Positions 18,710-29,172 of a stretch of DNA of 64,000 bases are shown in pieces. Numbering within the stretch: position 1 is the first letter of the stretch; each line of letters starts with the position of its first letter. The stretch lies in the IMG/VR virus record IMGVR_UViG_3300032820_000005. One strand, 5' to 3'. The notes under the pieces were generated by a model that had not been told where the DNA came from, searched no databases, and was given only the letters and a program-made list of their open reading frames with translations. This DNA comes from an uncultured virus (IMG/VR IMGVR_UViG_3300032820_000005). Lineage: Duplodnaviria > Heunggongvirae > Uroviricota > Caudoviricetes. Position numbers and translations under genes: made by a program.

Positions 18710-21628
18710 CTAATAATCGTACATACCACCATCAGATTCCATCTGGTACATACCACCAGAAGATTCTAATTGATTTGCGCCAGGTGGTGTACCGCCAGGA
18801 TAAGGATTATCAATAGTAGCAGGCGTTGCAGCTGCATTAGAAAATCCCAATTCTGTACCTTCTGAAGTAGTAGCGAAGGAATCTGTATCATACACTCCAC
18901 CATATGGATCTTGTTTAGTCTCATCCTTTACCCATACCTTCATATTATCATCCCAAATTTCACCCAATGTCTGCTTTGCATAATCTTGTGCAGTTTTAGA
19001 TGGAGTTTCAGGAGTAGTATAATCAATAGTTGTTTTTACTTCTGGTTGAAAATCTGACATTGTTGAATCATGATCCGGCGGAACAGAACCTTGCATAAGA
19101 GATTCCTGATGCATCGCACTCATAATTTCTTCATCAGTTGGAAGTTCTTTTTCCAAAGAAGGAACATCGTCTTCTTTGGCTACATCTTTACGTTCTTCTA
19201 TTTCATATTGATTTTCAGCTTTAGATATTGGTGGCTTATCTGTTGTGCGAACCATTGTTATACCAGAATTCAAATAAGTAGAATCAATCTGTAATATTTG
19301 ATTACCACTTGAAGTATATCCACCCAATCTAACATCCATATCTGAATATTGTTGTGAAGAAAACTTAATACCTAAATTTTTACTATTAAGTGTAATAGAT
19401 GTATATGGATTCCCACCCATAGAATACATTTGCCAAACTGAGTTAAGCGAAATTGATAATGGAGTTATACCTTCTGCGAATTCCACAACATCATCTGAAG
19501 TAGACAGAATAGAAAGGGGCTTTATTTTAAAAATCTGACCTGTTCTATAATCCACTGTGCCCCAAGATTCATAATCTAATATTTCAGGATTGATAGTTCC
19601 AACTCGATTTCCATCTTTATTATTTTTATAATCCCTTCTAAAACTAGCATCTGTTATAGACGATTTTGCTCTAGCATGGCCTCCTTCCGAAGCACCATAT
19701 TCACCTATTCCTGTAACCTGTGTTTCTATCCAACTAAAATTACTTGATTTATAACTATCCTTCAAATGAAAATAAGGTATCTTATAATTATTGTTTGCAT
19801 TAGCTAACTCTAAACGTCCTTCGCCATCATCTCTGAAATAACATTCAAGAATTTTACCAGCATGTACTTCATTTACAGATTCAGCTGCCGTATCCGTTTT
19901 TATCATTGACCAAGCAAATAATTTCGATCCCTGTACCCATTTTTTTTCTTCTGGATAATCATTTTCATCTACATCTTTTTCACTTCTAATAACAGTATCA
20001 AAATTAGGTAAAGAATAAGCCCAAATATAAAACTTATTACTCTGAACTGTTCCCCTATCAATTCCCATTCCATAATCAATTGAAGAAAATTTCATTCGAT
20101 GCCAATTTCTATTCTCATATGGATGTTCATCAAAATCATCAGCTGGGCCAGGCTCCATCCGTTGTAATTCACTTGGACTAAAATTCATTTCTTTTTGATA
20201 TTTAACTTTTATATTATTTGCCACCACTGATTTATCTGTTTCATTGACTTTAGCAGTAAGAACAGAATGTCTATATTTTCCATCAAAATTTTCTAAATCA
20301 GTTACACTATATTTTTTTACTTGATTTATTATATTTTGCTTCAAAGTATCTTCTGGTAATTCAGTTTCCGATGGATTGTAAATAGCATTAATAGTAACTA
20401 ATAAATCAATGTAATTTGGATCGACTATCTGATTTTTGATACCTAAAATTTTATAAGGAGCTAAAATAGACTGTAAGATATAGTCCTTAGTAGCTGATGG
20501 CAGCCTTTTACCATATTTGGGCAAAATAGAAATATATGCGGTTCCACTAGCATTTTGTAATCCACCATCAGGTGCTGAATCACGCAATTCATTTGGATCA
20601 CCACCCCAAATCTTCACACCTCTTGTATTACCATAATTACTTAAAATTATATTTTTGTAATCATTAGCAGTAACTGCTCTATCTTGAGCCGCATATGACA
20701 ATGGTGCATTAAACTTAATAGATTCAGCTGATTCCCTATTAGAACCTCCACCAGCTTGACCATCTGTGGCCAATGTCAATGTATCAATGGTTGTATCATC
20801 TGGTAAACTTTCTAATGCAAATGGATTATTGCTATCAAGTCCAGCATAATTTGCAGCTGCTCCATTACTTGTCAGATATTCAATTGTGATATAATTTTCA
20901 TCTTCTAATTTTTTTCCATAAATCCCATCACCAAAATATATTTCATATCTGCCATCTTCTACTTCTTGCAAAAAGTATACATTTGATGTACTATCTAATC
21001 CTTCTAAATCTTTATATACTGTATATGTACTTATAGTACCTCCAGATTTTGATCCTTGAACTGTAACTACTAGTGTTGTAGTATCTACACTATCATTGTC
21101 TAAAATAAATCTTTGTTTTTTACCCTGGCTATTATAGATATATGTGTTTTTAACATAGACACCTTCTTTGATAGAAAGATTGTTATATGTAACTTTACCT
21201 GCTGCAGTATTAGCAATCTTTGATGAAGTCGTGTAAAATAAAAATTTATCTTTATCTACCGTTACACTGAATGGAGTCCATCTGGGCAATGTTATAACTG
21301 ATCCACTTGACACATTCAGACTGAGATTAATTTTTGCAATTGCTCCTTGAGTCGATTTTGGTGTATACCCTAACTGTCTAGCGATCCCAACTATAGAACT
21401 TCTCTGTGAAGCAGTATCCATAAACATTTCATTGGCAACCATATTGAGATAAAATGCCATATAATGTGTATTATAAGAAAGTAAATCTAAAAGAACACCT
21501 AAACCAGAACCATCAAAATCATAATCATTAAATTCAGACTGGCTTTGCAAAAAGGTTTTAAGGCTATCTTTAATTCCATAAAAATCTAAATTAGTAACTT
21601 CTAGTTTATCTGTGTTTATTATAGCCAT
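18710..21628 (-). CDS. gp6: Baseplate wedge subunit gp6, with long C-terminal extension
   Basis: DYDFDGSGLGVLLDLLSYNTHY, ANEMFMDTA, YFGDGIYGK, QDRAVTANDY. Confidence 0.92.
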   Translation of the reverse strand: MAIINTDKLEVTNLDFYGIKDSLKTFLQSQSEFNDYDFDGSGLGVLLDLLSYNTHYMAFYLNMVANEMFMDTASQRSSIVGIARQLGYTPKSTQGAIAKINLSLNVSSGSVITLPRWTPFSVTVDKDKFLFYTTSSKIANTAAGKVTYNNLSIKEGVYVKNTYIYNSQGKKQRFILDNDSVDTTTLVVTVQGSKSGGTISTYTVYKDLEGLDSTSNVYFLQEVEDGRYEIYFGDGIYGKKLEDENYITIEYLTSNGAAANYAGLDSNNPFALESLPDDTTIDTLTLATDGQAGGGSNRESAESIKFNAPLSYAAQDRAVTANDYKNIILSNYGNTRGVKIWGGDPNELRDSAPDGGLQNASGTAYISILPKYGKRLPSATKDYILQSILAPYKILGIKNQIVDPNYIDLLVTINAIYNPSETELPEDTLKQNIINQVKKYSVTDLENFDGKYRHSVLTAKVNETDKSVVANNIKVKYQKEMNFSPSELQRMEPGPADDFDEHPYENRNWHRMKFSSIDYGMGIDRGTVQSNKFYIWAYSLPNFDTVIRSEKDVDENDYPEEKKWVQGSKLFAWSMIKTDTAAESVNEVHAGKILECYFRDDGEGRLELANANNNYKIPYFHLKDSYKSSNFSWIETQVTGIGEYGASEGGHARAKSSITDASFRRDYKNNKDGNRVGTINPEILDYESWGTVDYRTGQIFKIKPLSILSTSDDVVEFAEGITPLSISLNSVWQMYSMGGNPYTSITLNSKNLGIKFSSQQYSDMDVRLGGYTSSGNQILQIDSTYLNSGITMVRTTDKPPISKAENQYEIEERKDVAKEDDVPSLEKELPTDEEIMSAMHQESLMQGSVPPDHDSTMSDFQPEVKTTIDYTTPETPSKTAQDYAKQTLGEIWDDNMKVWVKDETKQDPYGGVYDTDSFATTSEGTELGFSNAAATPATIDNPYPGGTPPGANQLESSGGMYQMESDGGMYDY

Positions 21629-22053
21629 TATCTTAACCGCTCCAAGAAAAATTCTACATTTAATCGTTCTTCACTGTTGAAAATAGAAAAATCAATTGAT
21701 ATATCATACCCATCTTGATTACTATTTTCAGAAACAGTAACTTCTCGTACAACAACTCTAGGTTCAAGAGTATTTATAACATTCGTAACACTATCCTTAA
21801 TAGAAACTGCAGTAAATGGGCTTAGAGGTTCAAATAAGTATTGATATATTCCACCAAATATTTCTGGCTCAAACAATCGTTCACCTCTATTAGTCATTAA
21901 CAAATTTTTAATAGATTGTTTGAGAGCATTTTCTCCTGATTTCTTTCTTATATCTTTAGTGGCAGGATTGATGCCAAAATTCAAATCAAGATCCTTCCAA
22001 CTTCTCCCCTGATATTTAGTAATATCTTTTGACGTTTGTGAATATATTGCCAT
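21628..22053 (-). CDS. gp25: Baseplate wedge subunit gp25
   Basis: WKDLDLNF, SIKNLLMTNRGERLFEP, LEPRV, C-terminal LERLR. Confidence 0.92.
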   Translation of the reverse strand: MAIYSQTSKDITKYQGRSWKDLDLNFGINPATKDIRKKSGENALKQSIKNLLMTNRGERLFEPEIFGGIYQYLFEPLSPFTAVSIKDSVTNVINTLEPRVVVREVTVSENSNQDGYDISIDFSIFNSEERLNVEFFLERLR

Positions 22054-22062
22054 TATTATCTC

Positions 22063-22527
22063 CTATGTACTATTAGGCACAAAAACTGTTGGTTCTGACT
22101 TATCCCCTCTTTCAGTAACAGAAGCACTACAAACATATATAGCCCCCTGATGCCCTACCGATTTACCATTGACAAAAACTGTCGGTGATCCTTCAGCCAA
22201 ATATGACTGATGATGAAAATTATAAACTGCTGCAAATCCCAAAGTAGCAATTGTTTCACATGGTACATACCCACCAGATGGTGGTATATCAATTGGCGTT
22301 GCATTACTAAAATGAGGTTGCCCTACAATATCTGACACTCTATGAACAGGCCGACTATCTGCAAAAACATCCAAGCTACCAGAGAAAAATCCCTTAGCAC
22401 CACGAGCAGCTGCTGGGCCAGCTGCACCAATAATTCTAGTTTGAGTAACAAAATAAGGCGGAGTATTATTAGCATAATGTGTACTAACAGAATCTCCAAT
22501 AACTGCAATAGGTAAATTAGCCATCAA
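22063..22527 (-). CDS. PAAR-domain spike tip protein (gp5.4-like), extended
   Basis: PIAVIGD, GSLDVFADSRPVHRVSD, EGSPTVFVNGK repeats with His/Cys residues; position between gp5 and gp25. Confidence 0.8.
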   Translation of the reverse strand: MMANLPIAVIGDSVSTHYANNTPPYFVTQTRIIGAAGPAAARGAKGFFSGSLDVFADSRPVHRVSDIVGQPHFSNATPIDIPPSGGYVPCETIATLGFAAVYNFHHQSYLAEGSPTVFVNGKSVGHQGAIYVCSASVTERGDKSEPTVFVPNST

Positions 22528-23813
22528 TGAACATCCACGTTTATATATCGTTGAATCTGAATACCCATGCCACCTTCAAATCTATTCCTCAATGCTTCTG
22601 GACTAGCATGGATAGTAATATTAAAAGCTTTTTCTTCTACCAACTTATTTTCTATTGTTTCCCTCAAACCTAGAGTAAAATCATATCTTCTACTAAACAA
22701 ATCTGTAGTTGTATTTTCATACATCACATCTTCATATCTAGCATTTACGTCAACAGTTGTGGTATACCCCCGCCAGTCATCATCTATTGGCTCTTCTATC
22801 ATTGTAGACAGAGCAAATTTACGTTTTTGTGATGCCATGAATGGTTCATAAATTTCTATATATTCACCACCCGTATTAACAGATTTTGAAATATAAGTTT
22901 TAATTTTTACTTTAAGTTTTATTTCACTAGTAGCTTCGCCTGTTCCATCGCCCCCAACACCTGTAGCTGTAAAAATCTCACCCACAGCAGGAGTAACACT
23001 AGCACCAATAGCGGTGAAATTAGTATTACCAACAAAAGTAATAAGATACTCTGTACCTGATATAAAACTACCATCATTGGTAACTGTAGCATCAGAATCT
23101 ACATATCTTTCTACAGATTCAATTTCTCTATTATCAATACTTGATTCACCAACATTGTATAACCTATCGCCAGCACTAAAGGTTGAGGGTGGATTTGTTA
23201 TAACATTTTTATCTACTAAATTGTCAATATATTCAACACCCATGAATACTGTTATTTGATTTTGCTGATTTTGAATATGCAAATCTCTATAATCATCTAA
23301 TGACAATCCAAAAAATTCATCTTTGATATTACCACTAAAAGAAATAAAATTATTTGATGTCAGTCCTGTATTAAGTGCCAGCCCTTCTGGAATTGTTCCA
23401 CTGATCATCTCTACTTGTGTAGTAGTGCTAAAGGAATTATTAAATTGTATCAATGCATTAAAATCATATTTTCTAGTATCCCCCGCATAGTCAGGCGTTA
23501 CAATCGGCTCATACCCAGCATTTTCATTTGTATTTTTAATAGTTCCTAGTCGTGTAAATCCTCCAGTAATAGGATCAATATCTGGAGGAACAAGATCACC
23601 AGTGCCTGGATCAATTTCGCTTGTGAGATATACAATAGAACCATCACGCTTTACCAATTTCACAAAAGGCATATCAAAATCATTTACTGTCAAATCATTA
23701 TACGTAGTTTCTGGCCTTTTATGAAAATCTACAAAAAGTGTAGTTTCATTAAGCAAAGTTAATGATAATGGTACAACTTCTTCAGAACGATTATTGAATA
23801 CAGCACTTGGCAT
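22524..23813 (-). CDS. Hypothetical baseplate-associated protein
   Basis: 429-aa ORF within the baseplate operon; contains a GTIPEGL Ig-like motif and a module shared with gp7. Confidence 0.6.
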   Translation of the reverse strand: MPSAVFNNRSEEVVPLSLTLLNETTLFVDFHKRPETTYNDLTVNDFDMPFVKLVKRDGSIVYLTSEIDPGTGDLVPPDIDPITGGFTRLGTIKNTNENAGYEPIVTPDYAGDTRKYDFNALIQFNNSFSTTTQVEMISGTIPEGLALNTGLTSNNFISFSGNIKDEFFGLSLDDYRDLHIQNQQNQITVFMGVEYIDNLVDKNVITNPPSTFSAGDRLYNVGESSIDNREIESVERYVDSDATVTNDGSFISGTEYLITFVGNTNFTAIGASVTPAVGEIFTATGVGGDGTGEATSEIKLKVKIKTYISKSVNTGGEYIEIYEPFMASQKRKFALSTMIEEPIDDDWRGYTTTVDVNARYEDVMYENTTTDLFSRRYDFTLGLRETIENKLVEEKAFNITIHASPEALRNRFEGGMGIQIQRYINVDVH

Positions 23814-23814
23814 A

Positions 23815-24114
23815 TTATTTGGCTATTGGTTTCCCTTCTTCATCTAAATCTGGATTTAACCAAATCGCATATGGTACATTATCATCTCTGGTTTCATCTA
23901 CATCTCGACCACTAGTCATTATTATATGCTCATCGCAATCCACATTCAGCATACCCTTACATCTAACTCTAAAATCTACATTAATAATTAAAGTATTAGT
24001 TTCTGTATCAAACTCTATTATATTCTTGTCAACTAATACTTTTAATGCATCTTTTACTTCTGTACTTTTTACTAATTCTTCTATCTTATATGGAGCTATT
24101 GATTCTGTTGTCAT
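23815..24114 (-). CDS. Hypothetical protein
   Basis: 99-aa ORF tightly packed in the operon, with GAGG RBS. Confidence 0.65.
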   Translation of the reverse strand: MTTESIAPYKIEELVKSTEVKDALKVLVDKNIIEFDTETNTLIINVDFRVRCKGMLNVDCDEHIIMTSGRDVDETRDDNVPYAIWLNPDLDEEGKPIAK

Positions 24115-24115
24115 T

Positions 24116-26158
24116 TTATTCCTCTAATAAACTTTTCAATTCTTCTGACGGTTCTATCTTGCCCGTTAGCATTTGGTAAAAATGATTAGAATAATTCTTT
24201 ACCCTTGTAGGGGTTGGGCTAATTTCTCCCTTATTATGTAAAGCCTTCAAAGCCAATTTGCCAGCCTGTACTGTAATTTTAATATTCAAACTAATTCCAT
24301 GTTTCAATACCTCTTGATACTGCTTATACTCGTTTACTTTATTGTTTACTTCAGTGATTAATTTTTCCAAAGAAGCAATTCCATTAGCCGCAGTACCCAA
24401 AGAAAGCCTTTCTATCAATTTATCAAGATCAGTTGGTGTCAAGAAATGTAAAACTTCTTCCAATGTATATTGTGCAGCACTATTTATTTCATCAAAAATT
24501 GGTTTCAGCACAGACAGCAACATTCCCCTTGAGCTTATCCTCAATAAATCCCCAATATGAATGTCAAAAACAACCTTACCTGTTGCTTCATCAAAATGCT
24601 GCTTCATTCTATCTTTCCACGGCAATGTAGCCGGCGGTGGTATAGATGGAATTGGCATTTGTACGGCTTGTTTCCAAACTTCTGCATGACCTCTTGTTGC
24701 ACTAGCTGTGCCCATACCACCAGTTGGATAAAAAGTATGATCCAATGGTGTACCATCATATGTGAATTCAGAACCTATTTTTGTTGATGTAGCTCCAAGT
24801 TCCTTCCATTTTTCATCAGGTATAATACCCAAGCTGGCAATTTTATATTTAGTTCCAGCTTTAGATGGTTTTATCACATCAGAAACTGGTGCTCTTTCCC
24901 AAATTGTTTGAGTTTCTGGATCATATAATTCTGCAGCTGCTATATCTGCATCCGTGAGTTCAGGTACTATTATTTCTCCCTTTTCTGTAAATTTAGGTTC
25001 TTTCAATTTCGCCATTTCAGATTCAGTTACTAAAATATCAAATTGTTGTGGATCTAATCCAATTGGTTTAGCAGCAGCAGTACTGCCCAATTGTTTCATA
25101 ACTTGTCTAACATTTTTCTCTGGTATACCCGCGGACATATCTGGAGCTGTAACTACAGGTAAAGGTGCCGGTACTACCATTGGTGCACCAGCCCCATGCA
25201 TAATTGGCATCCCTGTATTTGTTCCTAAAGCTACACCATTAACTAAAATAGGTGCAGTTCCTAATGCACCAATATCTTTTTCTATTCCAGCCTGTAATAC
25301 AATAGCACCAGCTGGGCCAGGTTGTTTAGTTTTTACTCTAACTTGATTTTTAACATCAAATCTTAAAGTTCCACCGACTTTGATGTTAAGATCACCATCC
25401 ACTGTTATATTAAAATCACCTGTATCCCCCTGTCCTTTTTTAGATATATGTAAATTCTTTTCACTTAGAACCATCTCATAATCTTTTTTGACAACCTTTA
25501 CAACTCTCGACCCATCTGGATAAATTTCTTCAAACGTACCTGTTCTATGCCTTCTGACTAATCTCTCTGCGCCAGGTGTATCATCAATCTCTGTTACATG
25601 TCCAGATTCACTTTCATTGACAGTGTTATATGGATACTTAGAATTATATTTCGAGCTTGGTTCATCCCAGTTTTTATTTGTTATTGCTGTAGACACAGGA
25701 TCAACAGGATCATTACTATCTATCCAAGTACTGCTCTTTTCTCCTCTTGATAATTTATGTGTATTGATATCTCCAACATTTGGCCAATCTTCTCCATCTG
25801 GCCTTTTTGGCCTACCGGCTGCATTTGGATCAGGATCATTGAACCCAACTCTAGGATTATCTGGATTTACATATCCATAATTTATAATATTAGTCATCAC
25901 TGGTTGTTGAGCGCTATTTCCATCCCTGAAAAATCCCATTATCCATGTACCTTCAACAGGCCCAACTGGTGTAGTCCTGCTTGGTGTATTGATAGGCATG
26001 GCAGGATATGCCCATGGCAATTCATCTGTAGGCATATCTTGCTTATTGTCTGTATGATATCCAAGTATACGAACTCTACAACGGCCTATCTGTAATGGAT
26101 CGTTTCTATCTTCTACTACGCCAACCCACCAAATAAAATTTTGCTCGATATTATTCAT
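24116..26158 (-). CDS. gp5: Baseplate central spike gp5 (OB-fold plus beta-helix; no lysozyme domain recognised)
   Basis: FIWWVGVVEDRNDPLQIGRCRVRILGYH, LPWA, GFFRDG, YPYNTVNESESGHVTEIDDTPGAER. Confidence 0.92.
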   Translation of the reverse strand: MNNIEQNFIWWVGVVEDRNDPLQIGRCRVRILGYHTDNKQDMPTDELPWAYPAMPINTPSRTTPVGPVEGTWIMGFFRDGNSAQQPVMTNIINYGYVNPDNPRVGFNDPDPNAAGRPKRPDGEDWPNVGDINTHKLSRGEKSSTWIDSNDPVDPVSTAITNKNWDEPSSKYNSKYPYNTVNESESGHVTEIDDTPGAERLVRRHRTGTFEEIYPDGSRVVKVVKKDYEMVLSEKNLHISKKGQGDTGDFNITVDGDLNIKVGGTLRFDVKNQVRVKTKQPGPAGAIVLQAGIEKDIGALGTAPILVNGVALGTNTGMPIMHGAGAPMVVPAPLPVVTAPDMSAGIPEKNVRQVMKQLGSTAAAKPIGLDPQQFDILVTESEMAKLKEPKFTEKGEIIVPELTDADIAAAELYDPETQTIWERAPVSDVIKPSKAGTKYKIASLGIIPDEKWKELGATSTKIGSEFTYDGTPLDHTFYPTGGMGTASATRGHAEVWKQAVQMPIPSIPPPATLPWKDRMKQHFDEATGKVVFDIHIGDLLRISSRGMLLSVLKPIFDEINSAAQYTLEEVLHFLTPTDLDKLIERLSLGTAANGIASLEKLITEVNNKVNEYKQYQEVLKHGISLNIKITVQAGKLALKALHNKGEISPTPTRVKNYSNHFYQMLTGKIEPSEELKSLLEE

Positions 26159-27430
26159 TTATTCCTCTAATAATCCTACATCGAAATATGAATCCTTTAC
26201 CATTTCTATTAAAGTAGTATGCCCAATAGTATTAATTATATGCCGCAATCCTGTTATAAGATACCTACCAGAATAAAATGGATCTGATTTATATTTCCCA
26301 TCTACCTTTACTTCTGGTGATTCGATTTCCATTTCAATAATATCACCAATTCTTCTACTGACATCTCCTATAATCGTAATATTCATTCTAAAAGATTGCA
26401 ATTGTTGTAATTGTGAAAGTCTATCTTGCACATTATTATCTAATCCTTGTGCTTCATTTGAGATAGGAATAATTTTCTGATAGCTTAATTTTTTTTCTTG
26501 AAATTTATTTCTTTCTTCAGTTGGACTCAACATCATTGAATTGCCAATATGCTTATGATTATTCCATTCTTCTGTATAATTATAATCGTTAATTGCATAT
26601 AATCTGCTAATCATATCATGATAGATTACTCTACTAGAATACATACCCATTCGCAAATTAGATAAAACATCATAGGTGAATTCTATATTATATTCTTCAA
26701 CTGTTTTGTGCTGATCCTCTTTGGGCAACATCTCCTTTTCAGGATGTGGATAATTCTTCGGTGCATGCCTATATATTTCTGCAGGTTCATTGACACTAGC
26801 CAATTCTTCAACCGATTTAAAATGATAACCATCTCTATTTTCATAGAAAAAGAAATTAGATCCAAATTTCCCTTCAGATACACTCTTAGATGCTAACCAA
26901 TTAATAGCATCAAATGGTTTCCAATTGGGTATCCATATATCTTGTATTGATCTAGTATTTTCAATTTCAATCTCTTTAGGCTTTATATAAGAATTATGTA
27001 AATAAAGTTCATCATATACTCTTTTAACTATATCAGAAATTATAGATTGAGGATATGATTTACTAATTGTCAAACCTTGATTTAACATATACTCCTTTGA
27101 AATCAAATTTAAAGTATAAACAGAAGCTTGATCAGATTTTCTAGCATAATCACTGAGTTTATAAATTTGAAAAACCAATTTCATTTCATCATCAGATGAT
27201 GGAGTATCTAATAATATAATCACATCTTCATGACCAACAAGAGGAAATTTGCTCATAATACTCCATTCATCTTCTATGATCATATTACCAGAAATTGCAT
27301 TTTTAAACATATCTTCATAAATATTTAATTCACCAACAATATCCACAATTTCAAGATAATCATCCCTAATAGAAGAATATAGACTAACTGATTCTAATTT
27401 ATATTGGCCAGGTGAACGTTCTTGTTTCAT
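26159..27430 (-). CDS. Baseplate hub protein (gp27-like)
   Basis: LNIYEDMF...SG, IPNWKPFDAINWLA, FFYENRDGYHFKS, YSGRYLITGLRH; synteny between gp53 and gp5. Confidence 0.75.
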   Translation of the reverse strand: MKQERSPGQYKLESVSLYSSIRDDYLEIVDIVGELNIYEDMFKNAISGNMIIEDEWSIMSKFPLVGHEDVIILLDTPSSDDEMKLVFQIYKLSDYARKSDQASVYTLNLISKEYMLNQGLTISKSYPQSIISDIVKRVYDELYLHNSYIKPKEIEIENTRSIQDIWIPNWKPFDAINWLASKSVSEGKFGSNFFFYENRDGYHFKSVEELASVNEPAEIYRHAPKNYPHPEKEMLPKEDQHKTVEEYNIEFTYDVLSNLRMGMYSSRVIYHDMISRLYAINDYNYTEEWNNHKHIGNSMMLSPTEERNKFQEKKLSYQKIIPISNEAQGLDNNVQDRLSQLQQLQSFRMNITIIGDVSRRIGDIIEMEIESPEVKVDGKYKSDPFYSGRYLITGLRHIINTIGHTTLIEMVKDSYFDVGLLEE

Positions 27431-28221
27431 ATTTTAATTTTTTCTTTAAAATCTCTTTCAAACTCATTAAGATATGAAGCATCTAATAATTTAACTTTCC
27501 TATTTTCATCATTCCTATTAGATTCATATTCATAATTGCCTACTTTGACCGCAGTATATGTTTCTATTACATTATTATTTATCGGATTTGGTAAATCCCT
27601 AGTTTCACCTTTAGCCACAACTAATCTTTCAGTTGTACCATCGCTCAAATCCCTTTGTATTTCCCAATGATGTATTGCGTCAACCTCTAAGCCAGGCGTT
27701 CCATTAATTGTACCTGTTATAGCAGATGTACCACCAGTAATAATTTCAGCGTCTTCAAAAGTTCCACTAACTGATTTGTATATTATTTGATTATTAGTTG
27801 TATCAAAATTGACTATTGTACCTGTTGCATTAGATGTACCACCTGTTATAGTTTCCTTAGGCAAAAACAATTTAGTAGCGCTATTAAAATGAGCATCTGC
27901 CAAAACTAAATACTTATCTGGATATTTAGTAGCTACAAAATTCTCCAATACTTTATCAATCATAACCCATTCATGATACGGATTTATAATATCATTAACT
28001 AACATCAATGGCCAATGTAAAGTAGAAACTCCATACTCTTGATATGCCAGCAATTCTGGCCTTTCTGCATTAGTTAAATCTCTAGTATAATAAGCAGATA
28101 CTAATTCTTTAAAATCTTCTCTGACTCTAACCCGCCTAAAAATATCAGTAGCTTCTTTAAGTATCCCATCCCTATTACTAACATTTATTTTAGGAAATTC
28201 TGCAAAATATTTAGATGGCAT
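27427..28221 (-). CDS. gp53: Baseplate wedge protein gp53
   Basis: YFAEFPKI, DIFRRV, ERPELLAYQEYG, HWPLMLVNDIINP, NYEYE...ND. Confidence 0.88.
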   Translation of the reverse strand: MPSKYFAEFPKINVSNRDGILKEATDIFRRVRVREDFKELVSAYYTRDLTNAERPELLAYQEYGVSTLHWPLMLVNDIINPYHEWVMIDKVLENFVATKYPDKYLVLADAHFNSATKLFLPKETITGGTSNATGTIVNFDTTNNQIIYKSVSGTFEDAEIITGGTSAITGTINGTPGLEVDAIHHWEIQRDLSDGTTERLVVAKGETRDLPNPINNNVIETYTAVKVGNYEYESNRNDENRKVKLLDASYLNEFERDFKEKIKI

Positions 28222-29130
28222 TTACAACCCCTTTGTGGCCCAATCAGCAACTGAAGCTCCAATCGAATTAACATCAGGTAACGATTTCAGAGCAGTTTTA
28301 GCTTGACCTAAAGTACCAGTGACCGTAGCTGGTGCACCTTTTTCAGCTGAGAATGAAGTGCTAGTAATTTTATGTATTTCTTGGAAAGATAAAGATATCT
28401 TTACCATTATTGGTGCTTTATTTACAAAAAGGGCATATCCTTCTCCAAAATATTCCACGTTCACATCCTTCAGAACACAACGTCCAAGCTTGGGCAAATA
28501 ATCATTTTCTTTAAGCCAAGGTCTATCATTCCTTGAATCTGCTGGCATCGCTGTTTGAAAACTAACTTCCCATTCAGCAGGATATGTAAAATGAGAAAAT
28601 TCCAAACCATTTGTTGATAAGCCTGGAGATGCAAATATTTGCAAAGCTTCTACAATATGTTTTATATCATTGGTTTCTTGTTCATCATGTGCCAATAACT
28701 CATGAGAAAATTCAAAAGCACGAAATTCAACATCATTAAAAAACCATTCTTCGTGAGTATTTTTTGCTCTTCCCCTGCGTCTATTAACAGCTTTTGTTAA
28801 TTCTTCTTTATCTATACCAGTTGTTTTCTCAGAAATTCCACCAAGAGTTTCTGCAACCTTATCACCTACTCCCGCAAGACCTCTTTTTATTGCATACCCA
28901 CCAATTTTATTTGCTGCACCCATTGCTCCGCCTGTTAAATCAGACAAACTCATACCAGTTGCAGAAATTGCATCTTCGCCTTGACTCCAATCATAACCAC
29001 GGCTATCGCCAGGAATTTCATTTGGCATTTGTATATAAATACTACCTGCACCCGCGGGCCCACCACCATGAGGAAATGGTGTATATTTCATACAATCATT
29101 TACTGCATCTGGCCATTTTAAATCTCCCAT
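28222..29130 (-). CDS. gp48: Baseplate tail-tube cap gp48
   Basis: SIYIQMP, FRAFEFS, FTYPAEW, CVLKDVNVEY, LSFQE; synteny. Confidence 0.75.
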   Translation of the reverse strand: MGDLKWPDAVNDCMKYTPFPHGGGPAGAGSIYIQMPNEIPGDSRGYDWSQGEDAISATGMSLSDLTGGAMGAANKIGGYAIKRGLAGVGDKVAETLGGISEKTTGIDKEELTKAVNRRRGRAKNTHEEWFFNDVEFRAFEFSHELLAHDEQETNDIKHIVEALQIFASPGLSTNGLEFSHFTYPAEWEVSFQTAMPADSRNDRPWLKENDYLPKLGRCVLKDVNVEYFGEGYALFVNKAPIMVKISLSFQEIHKITSTSFSAEKGAPATVTGTLGQAKTALKSLPDVNSIGASVADWATKGL

Positions 29131-29155
29131 AAAATCCTCCTATACAATCTATCTG

Positions 29156-29167
29156 TATTTATAAATA
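29156..29167. promoter_or_regulatory. Overlapping divergent T4-type late promoters (TATTTATAAATA palindrome)
   Basis: TATAAATA on + at 29160-29167 and on - at 29156-29163, exactly at the divergence between gp48 and gp4. Confidence 0.8.
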
Positions 29168-29172
29168 TATAT

